DNA of 64,000 nucleotides. It comes from a virus. The stretch lies in the IMG/VR virus record IMGVR_UViG_3300030398_000007, one strand, 5' to 3'. Within the stretch, counting starts at the first letter, position 1, and the number at the start of each line of letters is the position of its first letter. The position numbers and the translations under genes are program-made. Positions 28,125 to 37,285 of this stretch are shown here, one piece after another. The notes under the pieces were generated by a model. That model ran no database searches, was not told the DNA's origin, and was given only the letters and a program-made list of their open reading frames with translations.

Positions 28125-29151
28125 GGCTCTGTTCTTCTAAACGTGGCAGGTATTCAGACAATCTTTGTTTGGCGAAATCACCTGGCTCTTTTTCGTCGCT
28201 TAATCCTAACTCACAAGACACAAAATGAAGACCAGCTTTTGCTGCAGCAATGGAGGCATTTCCGCTTCCGCAAAACATATCCAATAATGTATCTCCAGGA
28301 TTTGAAAATGCGGTGAATACACGTTTTAGAAGTTCAACTGGCTTCGCCGTTTGGAACCCTGGTATCCCTGCCTGATAAAAACCAAGGAAGGACGGAATTT
28401 TTTGGGAATAGGTGTCTCCAATGCTTTGGAAGTAAGAGTTTCCAGAAATGAACTTGCCGTTCAAGCCGCTTTTATCTTTTACTCCTTTAATGAAATACAA
28501 ATTCGATTCGCTATATCCAGGTAACTGTTTGACAAACGAAACATAGCGTTCACTCCCATGACCTTTTTGTGCTGTTCGTTTTTGATACCGTTGGCCGCCG
28601 AACCCGACCGTATTTCGTTCAAGAGACCAGCCAGTTTTTGGAATGCAAACAACTTTTTTCTGGCCAAAGACAATTTCTGTATAATTTTCCATTCTATCTT
28701 CAAGCTTTATACCATAAGGATACCGAGACACTTTTTCTTCTGTTACCGTTATGTGTTCCGGTCTGGAAACAATCTTTTCGTCTGAGGCAACCAGAATGTA
28801 TTCGTGGCAAACGGTCATAATGGAGTTGACATTGTTATTATTGCCTTCCGACTTTGTCTGCCACACGAACGGAGGAGCCACCACATTGAAATTGTCTCGG
28901 AGAAGGTCGGCAAGATCGAATAAAGAATCTTCGGCTATTGAGAAGATAAACGGAGCTGTTGAACTTGAGCGTTTTTTTGCAGCCTTGATACGAATATCCA
29001 TGAAGTCGATCCAATGGCTTCTCTTCCCTTTGTCTGAATACCGAAACTGATTGCCGGTATTGTACGGAGGATCCATATAGACAAGGTCAAAGACTTGTTG
29101 CGTCTTGTTAAGAAAATCCAGATTGTCTCCAATAAAAAGCTGTCCGCTCAT
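28111..29151 (-). CDS. DNA methyltransferase (beta-class; DPPY then FCGSG)
   Basis: LVYMDPPYNTG near the N-terminus and LLDMFCGSGNASIAAAKAG near the C-terminus. Confidence 0.8.
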   Translation of the reverse strand: MSGQLFIGDNLDFLNKTQQVFDLVYMDPPYNTGNQFRYSDKGKRSHWIDFMDIRIKAAKKRSSSTAPFIFSIAEDSLFDLADLLRDNFNVVAPPFVWQTKSEGNNNNVNSIMTVCHEYILVASDEKIVSRPEHITVTEEKVSRYPYGIKLEDRMENYTEIVFGQKKVVCIPKTGWSLERNTVGFGGQRYQKRTAQKGHGSERYVSFVKQLPGYSESNLYFIKGVKDKSGLNGKFISGNSYFQSIGDTYSQKIPSFLGFYQAGIPGFQTAKPVELLKRVFTAFSNPGDTLLDMFCGSGNASIAAAKAGLHFVSCELGLSDEKEPGDFAKQRLSEYLPRLEEQSHVAS

Positions 29152-29381
29152 GAATGTTCCCCTCCTTTTGTTTTTATATTATATATAATATGTTTTAGGA
29201 AAACAACGTTCAGGAGATTTGTTTAGTTGTTTGTTTTGCGAATGGGAATAAAGGAGAAAATAATCGACAATTTCTTTGGTGGAAAATACCCGTTGTTTTT
29301 TATGACATTGTTGGCTTTTCAGAAGGTTACCTTTCTTCGTGAGTCATTTCCCTTCTCCCTGATCCACCAAGAATGAGTTTT

Positions 29382-29879
29382 TCAACAGTATCCAGAACGC
29401 CGTGTTTTTTCGGCGGCAGACAAAACTGCTGCACGAATTTCTGGCCTGACACGAACAAGATTGGCAACGTCCAGAAGATCTTGTGGTCCGCCAGCATAAC
29501 ATTTCAGTGATACGAGGTCTTCCAGGCTGCAAATAGATAGTCCAAAATCTTCAATCGAAATGCCTTTTTCTACACTGCTGTGCGCGACTTGTGGAATAAT
29601 GTCGAATTTTACACCGTCAATATAACCGCGAACAACCCACGGCAAAGGATCACCTGGTTCTCCGAAACTCAATTTTCCGAGTATTCCGTTTTCAGACAGG
29701 ACTTTGACAATTTCTCTTGGAGATCCACTGGCAATAAAATCCACGTCTATTGTTCCACGAACATAACCAAAAGCGGCCAGGGCTAGTCCACCAATTAAGG
29801 CACAGGAATCTTGGCCAATTGCCGTAGCGATTTTTCTGGCACAATCAAGGAGATTCTTTGGCGATTCACGTTCTTTCAT
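29382..29879 (-). CDS. Nucleotidyltransferase (AbiEii/DUF-NTase-like, putative toxin)
   Basis: ALIGGLALAAFGYVRGTIDVDFI is the GG...R.T.DIDF NTase motif. Confidence 0.5.
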   Translation of the reverse strand: MKERESPKNLLDCARKIATAIGQDSCALIGGLALAAFGYVRGTIDVDFIASGSPREIVKVLSENGILGKLSFGEPGDPLPWVVRGYIDGVKFDIIPQVAHSSVEKGISIEDFGLSICSLEDLVSLKCYAGGPQDLLDVANLVRVRPEIRAAVLSAAEKTRRSGYC

Positions 29880-30031
29880 GAACGTCCTTGATTTTTGTCT
29901 TGAATGTCAATGCGAGATCAATTTGCTCTGCTGAAATGCTAGAGCACAATAATAATCTTTCTATGACAGACTCCTTGTCCATAAGGACAGGCTGTTTCGA
30001 TTTGCGAAAATTTAAATTTTCAACGTTCATG
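29869..30031 (-). CDS. Small ORF (53 aa) overlapping the NTase start by 11 nt; putative partner/antitoxin
   Basis: GGAG RBS, translationally coupled overlap ATGAAAGAACGTGA. Confidence 0.3.
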
Positions 30032-30573
30032 AATTTCTCCAAAAATAAGCTACAGCGGGTAGCGAATTTTATTCTCCTGTTGTTTCAATATGGTAATGTA
30101 CAAGACAACTTTAACACAAACTACAAAATTGTAGAACTTGTCCGAAACGGTTTGTGTTGAGAAATGATATTATGATTTAAAATGGAAATTGTTCCATTTT
30201 TACATTTCCTTTTAACAAGGAGGTCTTTATACCCAAAAAAATTTTTCAGGCGGCCATGATTGGTATTATGGCTATTGGATTGTCTTCTTGTAGCACCGAT
30301 TTCCATTATGCTTCTTTATCAGGCAGCTTTTGATTACGAAGCTCAAGAGAAAATTGCAAAATTGCACCTCATTTCCGTAGAAGCCGTAAATGAATTCCTT
30401 GAGCAAATCAATTCAAGAGGAGGCTTGCCGGTTGAATCTACAATTGAAGCGATAAAGTCCATTTGGAGAGATTCAAAAACTCCATGGTCGGTTTTTTATG
30501 TTGAGGGAGAAGCAGATCAAAAACTATCTGTAGAGAGACTTCTTTTCGCAATAAGAAATATATAAACATTCGT

Positions 30574-31362
30574 TTGCCAACAATCTCAATAAAAAACGAG
30601 ACGAAAAATCAAATGTTGTTTATTTTCTATTTTGTTTTATTAAGCTTTTCTGCTTTATGGCCAGGACATTTTTTTCCATTAGGCGTGTTGTTTGTATTAA
30701 CGACAAATTTTGCTGCGTCGATAGAAAAAGCCATTTTAAAAGCCACAACTCTTTTGACCTTGTTGCCACCATTTCTTTTTTATGGACTTTTGTCCCTAAA
30801 TCATTGGCCGTTGATATTCAGATATTCCATTCCATACACAAATGGGGAAACAAAGCTTCCAAGTACAAGTACATGGTTTTATTACTATTTCGACTTTTGG
30901 AATAAGCAAGGGCTCTCTTTTAGAAAGCATTTGGAAATTTTGCACCCCAATCTGGCTGCAGAATACAGCTTGACAATCTTTGTTTTAACAATCGTTTGCC
31001 AATTGTTGTTTTCATTTATTAATCAGAGCATTGAGAAAAAACGATTGGAAAAAATGGAGGTTCTCAAAAAATCAGTTGAATCGCAAAAAAATGACGCTTG
31101 CGTTGTCGCCAAAGAATCCGATTCGGATTTTGAATTAATTGATTATTCTGAAATAAAAAAACCAATTTATTGCGATCTTAGAAAAAAGAACCAAAAATTT
31201 CCGGATTGGGCTATTGGTATACCAAAATGGCTTGACGTAGAAATTGGAAAAAATATTCCTGTGACAAAGAAAAATGGAGCAATCGAATCTGCGATCATTG
31301 GCAAATTTAGAGGGAAAAATAAAAACGGAGATAGATTTTATTATAGATACTACATGGATTAA
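30574..31362 (+). CDS. Hypothetical polytopic membrane protein
   Basis: Four hydrophobic helices followed by a soluble C-terminal domain. Confidence 0.4.
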   Translation: MPTISIKNETKNQMLFIFYFVLLSFSALWPGHFFPLGVLFVLTTNFAASIEKAILKATTLLTLLPPFLFYGLLSLNHWPLIFRYSIPYTNGETKLPSTSTWFYYYFDFWNKQGLSFRKHLEILHPNLAAEYSLTIFVLTIVCQLLFSFINQSIEKKRLEKMEVLKKSVESQKNDACVVAKESDSDFELIDYSEIKKPIYCDLRKKNQKFPDWAIGIPKWLDVEIGKNIPVTKKNGAIESAIIGKFRGKNKNGDRFYYRYYMD

Positions 31363-31385
31363 TAATATTATTTTGGAGCCAAAAA

Positions 31386-31892
31386 ATGCCAGATACCACC
31401 ACAAAACCTCGGCTTCGTGATAAAAACGGAAAAAATTATTCCGACCTGAACGAAGTCGATCCACCATTGAAAATCAATAATCCAGACGATTACCTTTCTC
31501 CTGCTGGCCTTCTTGAAGACTTTTATTATATCACAGACACATTGTTGTGGGACGAAAAGGCCCTCAGCAAATCAGACAAAATATTGAGGCTTTTATATCC
31601 GATCTTTCAGGAAGGAGATTATACCGGATATGACCAGATTGGTGGCTGGCGTATGTATTTTGACTCTGACGCATGGGTTTCATACAATTGGGGCGCTCTT
31701 AAAAGAGACCCGACTTGGGAATCTGAAGATCTTGATTCCTTCCTTGAGGACGATCCTCTTTGCATTCCTACATGTATACCTGTGAGCTTTCTCGCTTCGT
31801 TTATTGTTGTTTACGGTCGTCTTCCAAGTCTCAGGGAAGCCTGGTTACTGGCGTGGAAACACAGGAATCCGGAATTTGTTAATACCCTTTAA
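31386..31892 (+). CDS. Novel paralog family member E (short N-terminus; C-terminal FLASFIVVYGRLPSLREAWLL)
   Basis: Conserved GRLP tail. Confidence 0.45.
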   Translation: MPDTTTKPRLRDKNGKNYSDLNEVDPPLKINNPDDYLSPAGLLEDFYYITDTLLWDEKALSKSDKILRLLYPIFQEGDYTGYDQIGGWRMYFDSDAWVSYNWGALKRDPTWESEDLDSFLEDDPLCIPTCIPVSFLASFIVVYGRLPSLREAWLLAWKHRNPEFVNTL

Positions 31893-32008
31893 CAAACCGC
31901 TCGTTTTTCAAGACTCGTTTATGGGTTTGTTTTGCGAACATGAATAATAGAGCAATTGACAAATCTATAACAATAGTATATATTCTTTGCAGAATATGGA
32001 GGAGATTT

Positions 32009-32548
32009 ATGACGTCTTTTCAACAAAACTTCAACTTTCCACACGAAGATCGTCAATTTGGCGGAAACAGTCTCTTTGTCGACCTCATTCCGGCCACCTC
32101 CTGGTTCAAAAATGTCCGATCGGAAATTCCCAAAAAAGTATGGGATTCCATACGAAAATCTGTTTATGCCAGGGCCAATGATACCTGCGAGATCTGCGGA
32201 AGAACCCCTGCGAAAAAAAACGGAGACAGAATTGAATGTCACGAACGGTGGGAATACCTGCCGGGTCCAAAACCGGGAACGGGCATTCAACGACTCAAAA
32301 GATTCATTGCATTGTGTTCCGCCTGTCATGAGTCCACTCATATGGGTCTGGCAGAAGTCAGAGGCCGGGGAGAAATTGCCAAGGCTCATTTTAAAAAAGT
32401 GACCGGAATGTCGGACCAGGAAGTTCGAAAACACATTAGACAAGCGTTCGAGATTTGGGAAAGAAGATCGGAAATGGAGTGGATACTGGAAATGCCTTTG
32501 CTGGAAGATCTTATCCCGACTATTTCCGGCAACAAAAAGGAATGTTGA
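32009..32548 (+). CDS. Zn-ribbon/HNH-like protein (CxxC...HxxW...CxxCH)
   Basis: CEICGRTPAKKNGDRIECHERWEY...CSACHESTH; RBS TGGAGGAG. Confidence 0.4.
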   Translation: MTSFQQNFNFPHEDRQFGGNSLFVDLIPATSWFKNVRSEIPKKVWDSIRKSVYARANDTCEICGRTPAKKNGDRIECHERWEYLPGPKPGTGIQRLKRFIALCSACHESTHMGLAEVRGRGEIAKAHFKKVTGMSDQEVRKHIRQAFEIWERRSEMEWILEMPLLEDLIPTISGNKKEC

Positions 32549-33276
32549 GCGTGGCTAAAAATGAAGTTACTGACGGTCTTGTGAAACTGTTTGGTCGGCG
32601 ATATAGCTACAGACAACAGAATAGACGCTTTTCGATTGCCGGATTGTCGGAACCTTTTTATTACAAAAAGCCGGATTCGAGAACAAGAACCACTTCTTAC
32701 GTTGAAGACCTTTTTGGTGATTCTCAGTCGGCACTTGCAAAAGCAAAACTGGAGTTTTCAATTGGTGCCGAAGCAGGTGATCTTAAATTAAATTTTTACC
32801 TTTTATCTGCCCCAAAAGACGCAGATTATTATCATTCTTTTACATGGCTTGGACGGTTGCCAGTAGACAATCCCGTTCTTTCCGGAAAAACAACTCACGT
32901 CCGTCAGATTTTCGAATCCAGTATCAATATGTATGGCTCCACTGGCAAGAGCCCTTTTGTCCCTTGTCTGGAAGTTTTGGGGGCGACCGAACTCGGACTG
33001 AATCACTCAGATCTCTCTAAACATTTGCCGAGGCTTTTAACCTGGTGCTTTAGACGTACTCCTATGAGCATGAGAACACATTCAGAATCGTTGCCGGACA
33101 CCACTTCGTTTGCCCTTTATCCTGAAGGTTTTGGCTATATCCCAAAAGAAGCCACATTGAAAGACATTATGATTTTTTTAACAGCTTTGGACAGACTGCC
33201 AAACGAAAGTGAAACACTTGAGTTGAGAAAACGGATTGCGTCAAGGGCAAAAAATGATTTGGATTTTGGCAGATAG
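32455..33276 (+). CDS. Novel paralog family member D (C-terminal GYIPKEATLKDIMIFLTALDRLPNESETLELRK)
   Basis: Conserved tail; the start is possibly at 32542. Confidence 0.45.
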   Translation: MGKKIGNGVDTGNAFAGRSYPDYFRQQKGMLSVAKNEVTDGLVKLFGRRYSYRQQNRRFSIAGLSEPFYYKKPDSRTRTTSYVEDLFGDSQSALAKAKLEFSIGAEAGDLKLNFYLLSAPKDADYYHSFTWLGRLPVDNPVLSGKTTHVRQIFESSINMYGSTGKSPFVPCLEVLGATELGLNHSDLSKHLPRLLTWCFRRTPMSMRTHSESLPDTTSFALYPEGFGYIPKEATLKDIMIFLTALDRLPNESETLELRKRIASRAKNDLDFGR

Positions 33277-33378
33277 AAACTGTCAAACAGATATTGAAAA
33301 TATTTTTATTGGATCTGAGACTTCACTGGGAAAAATTGGACAAGAAATACATTTTTAGAATCAAACTGGAGGAATTTT

Positions 33379-33906
33379 ATGGGTGATTTTTTGCAGGAAC
33401 TTCTTCAATCTCACCTGGCTGCACTGAATGAATCGGAAGCCTTATCCAAAAAACAGGAAAACGATCTGTCCATTAAGAAAATGGAACTCGAATATCATGC
33501 GACTCGAACCATTCAAGAGTCAGAACGGTTTTGGGCAAAGGCTCAGGTGCTGGCAAGCGTTCTTGTCAAAACGGAAGAGGCACCTGAAAGGAAAGAACAA
33601 CAACATGACGATTCAAGAGATAGGGTCACTTTAAGAATGTGTTTGAACGAAATGGCGAACAATATCCATTCTTGTCAGGCAAAAGCCCTGGACTTTCTCC
33701 AGGAGGAAAATCGATCGGCTTCTTTGCGTCAGTCAGTTTCTGCCATTAAGGAACAAATCGAAAAAGAGGAACAAATCACTCGAGAATATCTGAAGACGTT
33801 ACAGGAAAACGAAATTGAACGACTAAGAAACGAACAGCAGCAGCAACAGCAAGCAGAAATGGAGGCACGTCGACAAAGAGAAGCAGAATTGTTAAATACC
33901 CGATAA
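33379..33906 (+). CDS. Coiled-coil protein with poly-Q stretch
   Basis: Heptad-rich sequence ending NEQQQQQQAEMEARRQREAE. Confidence 0.35.
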   Translation: MGDFLQELLQSHLAALNESEALSKKQENDLSIKKMELEYHATRTIQESERFWAKAQVLASVLVKTEEAPERKEQQHDDSRDRVTLRMCLNEMANNIHSCQAKALDFLQEENRSASLRQSVSAIKEQIEKEEQITREYLKTLQENEIERLRNEQQQQQQAEMEARRQREAELLNTR

Positions 33907-33942
33907 TTAGTTCTACGGAAGAATAAACGAAAAAGGAGACTT

Positions 33943-35058
33943 ATGCCAGCAGATTACATGTATGATATCAGGATTTTTGGAACAGACGAACAATTGAAAG
34001 AGGTTGAAGAATGTTTGAACAATGCCAAAATATGGAATTCAGATAGTCTTTTGGTTTACAGATCTGAGGACAGAAGCAATATTCTTTTACATTCAATGAT
34101 TACGACTTCCATTGGAGGCAAATTTCCTATTAGCCCATTGGAATTTGCCTGTTCAATTTCTGAAAAGTATAAAGGTATTCTTGTTGAATATACCGACTGG
34201 TTGGACGATATGTCTGGACATTTTTGGTGTGAAGAATACGCATACATAAGTGAAAAATATGGATATATTCCAGAACATTTTGATTGCACGAAACTTGGAC
34301 CAAAAAAATATATGATTTATCTGAATAACGGTGGTAGTGCTAGATTAATATGGCCAGACGAAGAAATATATGAACTTGCTGATAGCCTGAAAGATCTGGA
34401 CGAAAAAACGTGGAATGAAACAGATAGCAATGAAGAAAAAATGAAAAAACTCAGCATTATGGAATCTGGAGTCGAAAAAGTGACCTCTGGATATTTGGCC
34501 TTATTGGAACTTGCTGGCGCTCGTTATAATATGCGCAACGGAAAGAATAGTCTTTTTGAAGAAAGAAAAATTGTGGCTTTGACAAAAAGGGCCGATTTTT
34601 TAAATTCCTTATCGTATTCAGAAATCCAAAGACTCCGACTAAAAAGACTTCTGGAAATTCAAGATTCGTATCTGAAGGATAAAATATCCAAAGAAGAACA
34701 GGTTCATGCCTTATATTCTTTGGTTGTTTATTTGTTTTATGCAACTCCAAACTGGCGTTATATCCGCCAGGAGGTTCCGGCAGAAGTCGGAGAATACGCG
34801 CTAGCGACTCTTGAAAAAGCGATAGACCTAAATGAGCAAGTTGTTTCGACAGACGACAACAGAAGCCAAATAATTGGCTTACACTTTTCAATATTGTGGG
34901 GTCTGGCCATGATCTCCAAACTAACGCCAGGAAAAGGAAAGGAGGCGAGGCAATATAAGGAACAATTTTTTGAATTCTGGAAGAACAATTTTGCAAACGA
35001 TACATTTCCAGACATTTTATTCACGTTTGAGAAAAAAAGGAGCTTAAATGACATATAA
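33943..35058 (+). CDS. Hypothetical protein (371 aa)
   Basis: ORF with GGAG RBS. Confidence 0.35.
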   Translation: MPADYMYDIRIFGTDEQLKEVEECLNNAKIWNSDSLLVYRSEDRSNILLHSMITTSIGGKFPISPLEFACSISEKYKGILVEYTDWLDDMSGHFWCEEYAYISEKYGYIPEHFDCTKLGPKKYMIYLNNGGSARLIWPDEEIYELADSLKDLDEKTWNETDSNEEKMKKLSIMESGVEKVTSGYLALLELAGARYNMRNGKNSLFEERKIVALTKRADFLNSLSYSEIQRLRLKRLLEIQDSYLKDKISKEEQVHALYSLVVYLFYATPNWRYIRQEVPAEVGEYALATLEKAIDLNEQVVSTDDNRSQIIGLHFSILWGLAMISKLTPGKGKEARQYKEQFFEFWKNNFANDTFPDILFTFEKKRSLNDI

Positions 35059-35437
35059 ATTCGATCTCGCTCTTTATGTAAAAGGCGCCAAAGACAAATT
35101 GTCCGGCAAATATGCCGAAGGCAAAACAAAAGATTCATTCAATGTGGCTTGTGTGTTGAACACGACCACAGACACAGATCAGAAGCTCTTGGCCGTTAAA
35201 GACGGCAAATGGTCAGAAGTCGGAGTTCTCACACCCGTCACGCCATTTTCCGAAGCGGCCGAAGAAAAGATCAATGCCGGTCAGTCTCCTGGTTACAGAG
35301 GAACTATTGATATGACATTGGTCGGCGGAACCTATAAGGGAGAAGTCATTGGTTTCTTGAGAACCGTCAAAGGAAATGGATTCGGAGAACCATTAAAGTT
35401 CTGGTCGTTTCTGGAACCATACAGAAAAGATACTTAG
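35048..35437 (+). CDS. Hypothetical protein (129 aa)
   Basis: ORF overlapping the upstream gene by 11 nt. Confidence 0.35.
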   Translation: MTYKFDLALYVKGAKDKLSGKYAEGKTKDSFNVACVLNTTTDTDQKLLAVKDGKWSEVGVLTPVTPFSEAAEEKINAGQSPGYRGTIDMTLVGGTYKGEVIGFLRTVKGNGFGEPLKFWSFLEPYRKDT

Positions 35438-35491
35438 AATATAACTTTGTTCGTCTTTTGACCTCCGGAAGCTCTTTATTGTTTCTGGAGG

Positions 35492-36811
35492 TCACCTTGA
35501 CGATCGTTCGGAATCGGTCCTTGATTTTTGTGGCCCATGTACATTCTGGAAATTTTTGGATATTTTCTCGGCCAATCCTTTTGGCACCCCACTTTGTTTG
35601 GCTATCTCTGGCCATTGCTGAACGGACTCTTCCACCTCTTGAACGATTCCGGTTATTTCTGTTCTGGAAAAATTAAACTCTTCGCCAAGATTCATAATGT
35701 TTTGCCATACCGGTTTTTTGTATTCTCCCATAACGGAAGTTGAATGCTCTCCGCCTGGACCATACGAGAACAACAAATCATATGCCGGAGAAGCCTTCCA
35801 CTTCCCATTTTTGTCCATAATGAAAGAGAAGTTTCTGGCATGATCGTCACGATTATGTGTGACAATATTGAAGACCATTTGGCGAAACAAAGAAATCGCG
35901 TTTCTTTTGTCTCCGGTTAATTTTGCGGATATTGACAGCAAGTGTTTGTAGTCGCAAACTGACTGCCCTGGTTCCATTCCCAATAGTCCGCCAAGGGTAT
36001 GCTGGTGGACCCGATTACCAAACACATTGTCGGTTCCATTTGAAGAATCTTGAACACGATCAAATCTTTGTATGCAAAATGCCTTTTGCTTCCCCACCTG
36101 AATCAGTCTTGTTTCAGGTATTGTTATACCGGCACGCCTGGCCAAAATAGAATAGGCATATTCCGTTTCGCACTCGTAATGGCCAAGGGCTTCTGATTTT
36201 ACGGGAAATTTGACAATGTGCGGCACATATCCGGCCGGTATGTCTTCCGTTCCCGAAATGACATTGTCATTTGGATCAATTCCGGCCAGTATTTTTGGCC
36301 TTGCACCTCCCGGCGAACCACCAAGTCTGGCGAGTTTTGGCAAAACGTCGCTTGCCGTTCCTTCGTGAACATGTTCTACGCCAGCCAGTAGGTCGGAAAG
36401 GTCAAGCAAGGAAGAAGATTTGTCCGATTCTGACCTGTCCGGATAATAGACGAGAGCGCCCATGCCTCTGCTGCCAATAAGCGCCAGGCGATCCAATGGC
36501 CCGACCTCGGAAGGGGAGAGACCATTTGCTGCAAGAAAACGATCGACGACAAGCCGGCCCCACCCGTCAGAAAGAGATTCCGCAAAGGCAAATGGCAGGC
36601 CCTGAGAATATCGTCCTGTTGGACCAAATACGGGTTGTTCGGAAAGCGGCAACTTAAACGGAGAAATCTGTAAGCCACTTTTGACAAACTCTTTTGAATA
36701 TTGGAAGGCCACTTTCCCGTCCACCAGCGCCAGGATCCCGACAACAATCTCCTTTTCAGGCAAAAACCTTAAACAAACAGACACTTTTTCGAGTTTTTTA
36801 AATGCAGCCAT
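35492..36811 (-). CDS. hipA: HipA-family serine/threonine kinase toxin
   Basis: GSRGMGALVYYP...LARLGGSPGGARPKIL and THNRDDHARNFSF kinase motifs; 439 aa. Confidence 0.8.
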   Translation of the reverse strand: MAAFKKLEKVSVCLRFLPEKEIVVGILALVDGKVAFQYSKEFVKSGLQISPFKLPLSEQPVFGPTGRYSQGLPFAFAESLSDGWGRLVVDRFLAANGLSPSEVGPLDRLALIGSRGMGALVYYPDRSESDKSSSLLDLSDLLAGVEHVHEGTASDVLPKLARLGGSPGGARPKILAGIDPNDNVISGTEDIPAGYVPHIVKFPVKSEALGHYECETEYAYSILARRAGITIPETRLIQVGKQKAFCIQRFDRVQDSSNGTDNVFGNRVHQHTLGGLLGMEPGQSVCDYKHLLSISAKLTGDKRNAISLFRQMVFNIVTHNRDDHARNFSFIMDKNGKWKASPAYDLLFSYGPGGEHSTSVMGEYKKPVWQNIMNLGEEFNFSRTEITGIVQEVEESVQQWPEIAKQSGVPKGLAEKISKNFQNVHGPQKSRTDSERSSR

Positions 36812-37123
36812 TCAATCTCCTTTATGCCTGGCGCGTTTTCTTTCCGACTTGTTTTCTAGAGCAAAAAGATCTGGAATAACCTTTGACTCAAACATTGAAG
36901 ACAGATCGTCCGTTTTATGAATGACAAATGCCAGTTTGACAAGACTTTTCAGAGATATCTGTCCTGATTGCTCAAATTTTTTGAGCGTCCCATGCGAAAC
37001 GCCAGAACGGTTTGCCAAATCCATTTGAGTAAGGTTCATTTTAATTCTGCAAGTTTTGAGGTCTTTGGCTATTTTTAACATGATTTCTTTTTCTGTGAGC
37101 AAAACCGGAAATTCCGTATCCAT
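36812..37123 (-). CDS. hipB: HipB-like XRE-family HTH antitoxin
   Basis: MNLTQMDLANRSGVSHGTLKKFEQ HTH; adjacent and upstream of hipA. Confidence 0.7.
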   Translation of the reverse strand: MDTEFPVLLTEKEIMLKIAKDLKTCRIKMNLTQMDLANRSGVSHGTLKKFEQSGQISLKSLVKLAFVIHKTDDLSSMFESKVIPDLFALENKSERKRARHKGD

Positions 37124-37285
37124 AAAATACTCCGTTTAAAATAACAAAAGACAAAATAATATCTATTAAATTGACGCCTTCACTATTTCGGATATTATTT
37201 TATCAGTAACATAAAGCAAAGTCAATGAGCACGAGCTGTGTACTAAATGAATGAATTGGCTCCTTGTTGGACATTACAAACTCCA

